Program-made: the position numbers and the translations under genes
The notes under the pieces: generated by a model
What the model was told of the DNA's origin: nothing
The model's database searches: none
What the model saw: only the letters and a program-made list of their open reading frames with translations
Shown here: in pieces, positions 57,101 to 64,000 of the stretch
Layout of the letters: each line of letters begins with the position of its first letter
Position numbering within the stretch: position 1 is the first letter of the stretch
Assembly (NCBI GenBank): GCA_964016885.1
Contig: OZ024748.1
Location: 9,920,001 to 9,984,000, forward strand
Direction of reading: 5' to 3'
Length of the DNA: 64,000 nucleotides
Origin: Eledone cirrhosa
Taxonomy: Eukaryota

Positions 57101-60100
57101 TCTCGAAGCAAGACCAGCCAAGCTCATGGATGTTAACCAACCATCTTGTTTGAGGTCTACCCTTGGGTCTCCTGCCAGTTGGTTTTACCAGTAAAATCTG
57201 TTCAGCAATTCCGTAATATCGAAGCTGTGATCTCACAATTCAAAGAAGTAATGGCTCTAACTGGAGTGACTCTCTGATCTCCGAGCTACGCACTCTATCA
57301 AGTAACATTACTCCAAAGACCCTTTGAGGGAACCCCATTTTGGTTGCTTGTATTTGCGATCGTATTCTTTTGGTCATTACCCAATATTTATAACCAAAGG
57401 TAGTGGTTGACATAAATACTGAATGAAAGATAGTTAGTTTGGCTTTTACACCTATCTTCCTTCTTCTGATGACCGAATGCTGAAGCTGGCTCATTACTGC
57501 ACCAGCTCCTGTAATTCTTGCACTTAATTCAGCCTCCTGCCTTTCATCAATCGTGAACACAGCCCTGAGACACTTGCTTCAGTGGAACTCTACTCACATG
57601 TAGAGTGCACTGTGCAAATTTCTTTGAAATGACAAGTGTCTCAGTTTTCACAGCACTCATCTTTATTCCTGCTGTGCATCACTTGGCAGCAAACCTGTTC
57701 AGTGTATGTTGGAGATTTTAATTCTGTGTAAAATTACTCTGTTGTGTATTACTGGTATGAATATTATTCACCTCCTACATCTCTCTCTTTTTCTCTGTAG
57801 TTAGTAGTCGGTGATAGGAATGCAATCTAGCTGTAGAAACCATGTGAAGACTGTTGAAGTGGTGGCTTCTTTAGCCCTAAACCTACCACACTTCACAGTT
57901 ACTATTGGTTAACCCTAGGTCTGGCATATATAAATTGTTCTGATAATTATAATTTGTATAAGCAACCTTCACACTAAATTTAAATTCAAACTTTTGACAT
58001 AAATGTAATCATTACACTCTAGTTAAATATTTGTCTTTATTATTCAGTTGAAAGACAGTTATTTCACTAAACCTTTAATAATTCTTGGTTTTTTTGATAA
58101 TTAAAACTTATAGGCAGTATATTTTCTATCAGTTTCAACAATGAGTGTTCCAGTTGTTCGATCAATGAAACAGCCTGCTTATGAAATTAATGTCTAAGTG
58201 GCTGAGCATTCCACAGACATGTGTACCCTTAACAGAATTCTCATGGAAGTTCAACTTGACAGTGACAATCCTTTGAATTACAGGTATTGTCCATCTGGCT
58301 TCAAAACACTTTCCATCTAATTTCACTGATCAATTAGGTTGCATCCATAGTCACAAAAGGGTTTTTTAAATGCTGTGTTTTTTTCTCTTGCTACTCTATA
58401 AAGAGATTTTATTTGTTTAAATAATATTATGTGGCTTGCTTTTTTGTTTCTACATCAGCATGCCGGCCTTCATGGAGTCCATATGAAACGTAGGCCACTG
58501 AAATAATAAATGCTCACTTTGGCTGGAACACTTATGATGCTGCCATATATACATCTATACACACACACACACATATAAACAATCCCTTAATTATATTTTT
58601 GGTAAGTATATAATACAAAGGATCATTAAAAAAGGAAGAAAAAGTAAACAATAAAAGTTTAAATTTTTGGGGCTTTTCTTTTGCTCATTAATGAAATATT
58701 TATGGCCAATAGTTTATGAACAAGTGGTTCAATTATTACACAGTCAACAGACATCACTGTATGATGGTAACTAGCATATAAATAACTATACTATAATTAC
58801 ATATTGGAACATTTTACATGGTTGCTCAACTTGCTCGAAATAGCAACCAAATTTACTTCTACTACTTTTTGCTTAAAATTGGTTTAAAAAAACCCCCAGA
58901 TTTTGCAGCTGAATTTCGTACAAAATTCCTAAATACATGTTGGTAGCTTCTAGTCTTCATGATGGCTATTGTTCTGAAGCCCCCAGTTCAGCCTTGGTAC
59001 AATAGACTTATGAGCAAATGCATGTTGGCCTTGACCTTGCTATTTATTTATCAACAGCTACATTATCCAATGTCTCCCTACTCTTTAACATATTGGACTC
59101 TTGTAAGATTTAACTTACACTTAACATTGGCTACGATGACTTGAAATATCTTTCTTCACATATAAAAAATAATAATACTAAAATATCTGTTGTAGTTTTC
59201 TGTTTAGTCAGAGCATTTCTTCATCACTTATGTCTCTGTCCATTTCACCTCTGTAGGCACAACAAAAAGAAGTAGTGAGAATTATCCAACTTGGAAATAA
59301 AAAGTTTGAAATGAAATGTTTTAATGAAACAAAATGAGGTTGCTACACCCTAAGCGACATTTCCTAATTTATCTCAGGGCCTCAATGTGATTTCATAATT
59401 TTTTTTTAGTTATGAGCACCAAAATATTTATTTTACTATATCATATTTGTATTACCCACAGAGTGTCATTTGCTATCTACGTTCATATAACAATTGAATG
59501 TCCTACACAACCTACCCTCCAGTCAACTGTGATGACAGATTGGATGGTCATACTGCACTCATACAACCACAACCCTTCCAGTGGGTTGTGTGGAAACCAA
59601 CATGTTAAAAACAGTAGTGTTTAGAGGTTGATTTTGTTGCTATTTGTAGCACATTGATCAACCATATAAAGGGTGGATCTTAATATAGTGAATATGTAAT
59701 CTTAATATAGTAATTTATATAATAGTTCCTATCATACAATGATAAAGTTCAATCACTGACCAGCTGGTTTTACCCTTTTGTTTTCTTCTTTGCCCAATTA
59801 TTCCTGGGGTGGTTGTGGGAACAGAGTCCTCAAGCATGCCTTCCAGAGGGTCCTATCAGAAGCAACAATTTCCAAATGATGTGGCTTGATCAGCCAAACT
59901 CATGGATGTTATCCAACCATCTTCTCATGGTCTATCACTGTGTCTCTCTGCTACTTCATAGTCCATAGTACTGGAGCTGTCATGGTCTATCACTGTGTCT
60001 CTCTGCTAGTTCATAGTCCATAGTACTGGAGCTGTCATGGTCTATCACTGTGTCTCTCTGCTAGTTCATAGTCCATAGTACTGGAGCTGTCATGGTCTAT

Positions 60101-61924
60101 CACTGTGTCTCTCTGCTACTTCATAGTCCATAGTACTGGAGCTGTCATGGTCTATCACTGTGTCTCTCTGCTACTTCATAGTCCATAGTACTGGAGCTGT
60201 CATGGTCTATCACTGTGTCTCTCTGCTACTTCATAGTCCATAGTACTGGAGCTGTCATGGTCTATCACTGTGTCTCTCTGCTAGTTCATAGTCCATAGTA
60301 CTGGAGCTGTCATGGTCTATCACTGTGTCTCTCTGCTAGTTCATAGTCCATAGTACTGGAGCTGTGAATACAAAACTCTGTATAGAATTCTGTAATATAA
60401 CTAACTTTCTCATAATTACGCTGCTCTTTGGAACATAATGTAAGAATGGTTCTTACAGATAAATATAAACACTTTAAAACAAAGTTTTGTAACATAAAAC
60501 CAGGAGTAGTTTTTGTATCAAAAATGTTAGAATTACTGTCAGAATCACTTGAGCATTGAATAAAATATCTTGTAGTATTTGTTCCAATCATTTATGTTGT
60601 TTGAATTTATATTCATTTTCTTTTACCATTTCAGATTCCAAAGTTGTCAGAACAAAATAAACAAATGAACAATATTACTATGGTCAAAGAAAAGCAAACA
60701 ACTATTCCTCCAAACACTGCACAAAATAAATCTCATAATAATAATAATGACAACAACAACAATAATATCAAAGATGCTATTTTTAAACAACCTTTGCCTG
60801 TTCTGGAAGGTTCTTCAAATAAATTTCACAATACAATCTTGAGTAAAACTTCACATGAGAATAATCCACAGTCAGTCTCATCTACAACCCAATTTCATGA
60901 ATTAGCTAAATATGTATCTCTTATAAATAACCTGCCAACTTCTTCATATACAAAACATATAGAACTCACCAAAAGAAATCCAGGCCTTGACAAAAGCAAC
61001 ATTGGTCTGCATAAAATCAATTCAAGCTTTGATAAATCTAATGTTAGTCTAGATAAAACTAATTCAAGCTTTGATAAAACTAATGTTGGTTTTACTAAAA
61101 GCAATGCAAGTCTGTATAAAAGTAATGTTTTTTCTTCAACTCGTGTGGCATCTACTTCATGTGTATTTACTGAGGTGAAGCATCTATCACCAAAAAACAA
61201 AACATTTCAGGTTTATGTTGATTCAAACAACTCAAAACTGGATTGTAAATATTCTCAAATTTCAGAAAATAATAAACATATATTTAATCAAAAGACAAAT
61301 AATTTGCCCAAACTGTATTCAAATGGTCAAAAATTTGAAACAAGAATGAAAGTAAATTCTTTCTGCCCCAACTGGAATTTAATGAAACTCAATGAAAAGA
61401 GGCAAAATCTTGGGACTTCTCTGCATTCCAAAGACTCTCATAAAAATCTCAGTTCTACCATTAAAGAAATCACCAATACAACTGTACTTTCTAATGCATG
61501 TACATCATTGAACAAATGTTCAAGAAATGGCATGTCAAATATAAGTAAAGACAGCTCATTCAGCAAATCTATGAAAGCAACGCCACCATTATGTAAATGT
61601 GGCTGCCGTTCAGCATTGCGTCTGTGCCAAAAGCCAGGCATCAATATGGGGCGATATTTCTACACCTGCTCTACAAAAATAGGATCCAAAATGAAGAGAA
61701 AGAGAGGTGATCCAGTTGAACCGTGTAATTTTTTCCAGTGGGAAATACCAATGTCTCTCCATACATCGTATTCCCCTTCATTTTCATCTTCTAACCATTC
61801 CCTCAACATGTCTGCTACTTCATTTGTTAAAATTGCTAATTTATCCCCTGGTGATGTGATATCACAAACACCTAAACTTAAAAAACAGAAAATACGACCA
61901 TGTCAACTGACTCCCTATAAATGA
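45091..61924 (+). CDS. ERI2: ERI1 exoribonuclease family member 2 (DEDDh 3'-5' exonuclease plus C-terminal GRF zinc finger), 9 coding exons, 671 aa
   Basis: Exons 45091-45116, 47668-47741, 48873-48953, 50986-51113, 52047-52191, 53443-53543, 54981-55062, 56822-56910, 60635-61924 sum to 2016 nt in frame. Motifs: MKSTKELARELG, ExoI YLIVIDFESTCW, EIIEFPAVLL, ELTGISQ, FVTWSDWDL, WIDLRATYK, ExoIII GRQHSGLDDSRNTA, and zf-GRF TPPLCKCG...GINMGRYFYTC...CNFFQWE. Confidence 0.95.
46030..46482 (+). mobile_element. 3' end of a CRE-like (restriction-like endonuclease) non-LTR retrotransposon
   Basis: ORF end GDAREGAWLFQRLSPAITCANAASVL* resembles the QRLSxAxxRGNAA C-terminal motif; followed by a UTR with AATAAA and poly(A) at 46470-46482. 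Confidence 0.6.
47668..47741 (+). CDS. ERI2: ERI2 exon
   Basis: ELGFLRKRLLTSPTNKTEVKRHKI|gtgagt. Confidence 0.88.
48873..48953 (+). CDS. ERI2: ERI2 exon (ExoI)
   Basis: QIFDYLIVIDFESTCWSDTKTRPQEI. Confidence 0.95.
49380..49790 (+). mobile_element. Degenerate L1/Tx1-like RT fragment
   Basis: NSRPITLLN, AKVLA, RSIYDNLHL, KAFDMVDH, FGSIFKDWI spread across frames. Confidence 0.7.
50128..50830 (-). mobile_element. RTE LINE 3' fragment
   Basis: (CAT)n tail at 50128; the reverse strand has EVVDNFCYL and GR-type C-terminus. Confidence 0.7.
50986..51113 (+). CDS. ERI2: ERI2 exon
   Basis: EFPAVLLDTLTG...PTLSGFCQELTGISQ. Confidence 0.95.
51270..51846. repeat. 22-bp minisatellite, ~26 copies
   Basis: Unit gtattct[a/g]tagtgtactctactgtt, with variants. 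Confidence 0.92.
52047..52191 (+). CDS. ERI2: ERI2 exon
   Basis: HQVDNGVPLRLCL...CTFVTWS. Confidence 0.95.
52295..53286 (+). mobile_element. Degenerate, internally deleted mariner (DD34D type)
   Basis: TA|CGAGGGT...aaagtt[c/t]ataggctgac TIRs; frames with VIKYLQKKG, WVAEFRRGRESL, TINGKYYSNLL, FHRNNAPAH and PPYSPNLAPSEY. Confidence 0.88.
53443..53543 (+). CDS. ERI2: ERI2 exon (ExoII)
   Basis: DWDLSMCLKNECRRKQL...WIDLRATYK. Confidence 0.95.
54981..55062 (+). CDS. ERI2: ERI2 exon
   Basis: SFYDRKPKGLNGALQDLGISFRGRQHSG. Confidence 0.95.
55547..55939 (-). mobile_element. Solo-LTR-like repeat homologous to 191-612
   Basis: The reverse strand starts TGTAGTGACCTACATTCC; the two copies give similar spurious ORFs (MTYVPWAHRYILR / MTYIPRAHRYILR); left boundary approximate. 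Confidence 0.6.
56005..56760 (-). mobile_element. RTE LINE fragment
   Basis: WKCHYERLMDEENVW...KAIKDMKSGKAAEPSGIVAEML and RVTWWN, homologous to 3300-4080. Confidence 0.85.
56822..56910 (+). CDS. ERI2: ERI2 exon (ExoIII)
   Basis: LDDSRNTASLAWRMIQDGCLMKITKTLLE. Confidence 0.95.
57050..57720 (-). mobile_element. LINE 3' fragment (second RTE-like family)
   Basis: RSQLRYYG...GRRPKGRPQTRW; IQATKMGF.QRVFGV.LLDRVRSSEIRESL. Confidence 0.75.
59926..60365. repeat. 55-bp tandem repeat, 8 near-identical copies
   Basis: Unit catggtctatcactgtgtctctctgcta[c/g]ttcatagtccatagtactggagctgt. Confidence 0.95.
60635..61924 (+). CDS. ERI2: ERI2 last exon (low-complexity linker plus GRF zinc finger)
   Basis: tttcag acceptor, 1290 nt open frame with TPPLCKCG...GRYFYTC...CNFFQW. 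Confidence 0.93.
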   Translation: MPKLSEQNKQMNNITMVKEKQTTIPPNTAQNKSHNNNNDNNNNNIKDAIFKQPLPVLEGSSNKFHNTILSKTSHENNPQSVSSTTQFHELAKYVSLINNLPTSSYTKHIELTKRNPGLDKSNIGLHKINSSFDKSNVSLDKTNSSFDKTNVGFTKSNASLYKSNVFSSTRVASTSCVFTEVKHLSPKNKTFQVYVDSNNSKLDCKYSQISENNKHIFNQKTNNLPKLYSNGQKFETRMKVNSFCPNWNLMKLNEKRQNLGTSLHSKDSHKNLSSTIKEITNTTVLSNACTSLNKCSRNGMSNISKDSSFSKSMKATPPLCKCGCRSALRLCQKPGINMGRYFYTCSTKIGSKMKRKRGDPVEPCNFFQWEIPMSLHTSYSPSFSSSNHSLNMSATSFVKIANLSPGDVISQTPKLKKQKIRPCQLTPYK

Positions 61925-64000
61925 CCCCATACCTATCAGTGCCTTGATGAAGGACAGGGTATACATGTATATTTTAAAACAATATATCTGCTAAGCAGGT
62001 TTTACTCTAATATACACAGTGTGTATGAGTTTAAATTTATTTAAATTTTATTTTTTAACGCCACTTTTCTCTCTTTTTCTTAACGTTATCATATAATGAT
62101 GATGATGAAGACAATTCTTCAGCTATTTGTATTTCCAATAATCATGTTTCAGTCTGCATATAATTTTAATTTATTAATAAACTTGAAGATGGAGATGATG
62201 ATGTTAAAAAAAAAATACATGTGCCAGTACCACGATAAATGCACCCAATCCACTCAGTTGTAGTGCTGGTGCCATGAAAAAACACATGTAGTTCACTCTG
62301 TAAGGTAGTTGATGTTAGGAAGGATATCCAGCCTTACAAAATATGCCAAATATGGAACGTATGAGTAAGATTAGGTCTCTCCATCCCACCTGGCCTCAAA
62401 CTGTCCAACCCATACCATTGTATGATAATGATGACACCATCGTCATCACTGTTTAACAACTATTTTCCATGCTTGGATGAGTAGTCACATTGAAACAAGC
62501 AAGACATAGTCACAGGTGACTGTCTTGCTTGTACACTGTTTTTTATTTGGTTTCTATGGTTGCACTCAGTCCATGTTGTAATGTATTTGGCATTAAGGAG
62601 GGCATCCAGCCGTAGAAATCAAACCCAAAACAGATCCATATGAACATGACTTGGTCACCAGACCAGACCTGACCTGACTTGTTTCATAATGTCACAACCT
62701 GCCTAACCAATGCAAGCATGGAAAATAAATGTTAAATAATGATGAATATATATATATCTTTGTTACCTGAATTAACCCATACAAGCCAAAAACTCAAGAG
62801 TTACATTGGAGTGAATGATTAGTTTCAAATGAATAAAAAAGAATCTACTACATGCATTGATTTCTTTTTTTGTCTCCAATTTTTACATATTTCAGAAATA
62901 ATGACTTTTTGAATGCCCTCTACATGTGAATGTATATTGATGTGTTTTATTTTGCTTTTGCCTGGTGGGATTTGAACTCATGTACCCTGACACCAAGTGT
63001 TTGAGGGCGTTTGAAATGATGTGCTACAGAAGAGAACTGGATAGATTGTAGAACAAAGAATTGAGTCTTAGAGGAGGAACAAAAATTAGTGATGATAGTA
63101 AGAAAATAAAAATTGTTATATATTGGGCATTTTATCAGAGTCTATATCATTAGGGGCTTGGAGGGTGGAAAATGAACTTGAAACCGACAAAAATGTAGTG
63201 ATGACATCAAGGAATGAATAGGAAAGACCTTGGCAGAGTGTACAGCTGCAACATGAGACCACAATGTGAGGTGTGTTTAACTACATTTTACAATCATTTT
63301 TACACACTAAGGCTAGTTCTAAGAGAGAGGGGAAGATGGCATTCATATTGTCTGTTAAAATGAAATAAACAAAATTTTAAAAAATTTATAAAACAGATGA
63401 ATTGGTAAAAAATTACTATGTAATGCAGTTGTGAAAAAAAAACTATACTCTAAACAACACTTAAAAACATTCTAGATATCAAAATATTAAAATTCATAAA
63501 ATGTTTTCCATTCGAGGGAATTTACAAAATTGTGTGATCTAAACATAATGTGTTGACTAACTATTTTGGCTGTACACAGCATTTGGAATTTTACTCATTT
63601 CTCAGGTATAAAAATGAAATAATGTTTTGTAGTAGTTCTAATTCTTTACAAATAAAGTACCAGTCAAGTACTGGGGTTGATTTAATCAACTTTGCTCTTC
63701 CCCCAAATTTTGATGAGCCAACAAGACAGTCTCTTGCCAATATTGCAAGATTTAAGTTAACATTTAGCCTATTCTTAATGAAGTAGATCACTTTATAGTG
63801 TTAATTAATTTATATTCTATGAAAGAAATTGTCAGTATACATGTTACAATTATTTTGAAATATTCCACATATTTTGTTGTTTTCTTTCTTTTATGAAAAA
63901 CATGCAACACTACATGGAAGGACATCCAGGTATAGATAACCTGTCAAACAAAGGGTCAGGAGGACCCTCCAGTTGTATCCAAGACATACAATCCTGCACT

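Noticed and set aside
59926-60365. Regular repeats resembling a CRISPR array (also 32448-32746 and 51270-51846)
   Set aside because: Head-to-tail units without unique spacers, eukaryotic context, no cas genes
61921-62000. Possible SECIS or hammerhead in the ERI2 3' UTR (ATGA..., TTGATGAAGG)
   Set aside because: No in-frame UGA in ERI2, no convincing helix, and no matching GAAA/stem II

Overview
AT-rich, intron-rich animal genomic DNA. The repeat landscape (RTE LINEs with (CAT)n/(GAT)n tails, tRNA-derived SINEs, long (TA)n tracts) looks like an octopus/cephalopod genome, but that is inference. Three spliced genes were reconstructed by hand from splice sites and reading frame. (1) A uridine phosphorylase on the minus strand, running off the left edge. 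(2) A complete 14-coding-exon DRG2 GTPase (364 aa, minus strand, 24169-43531) with a U12-type minor-spliceosome intron. (3) A complete 9-coding-exon ERI2 exoribonuclease (DEDDh plus GRF zinc finger, 671 aa, plus strand, 45091-61924), head-to-head with DRG2. Most listed ORFs are microsatellite or repeat artefacts. Introns and intergenic DNA hold decayed RTE, Tx1-like, Ingi/Vingi-like and CRE-like LINE pieces, three DD37D (maT) copies with shared lesions, a DD34D mariner, a Helitron-like element, solo LTRs and minisatellites. The most unusual signal is a set of short fold-back insertions inside (TA)n tracts that carry minimal hammerhead-ribozyme motifs of the Penelope-like pLTR type. One of these has an intact core on the sense strand of DRG2 intron 1. 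No alignment or folding software was run; all structures were read by eye.
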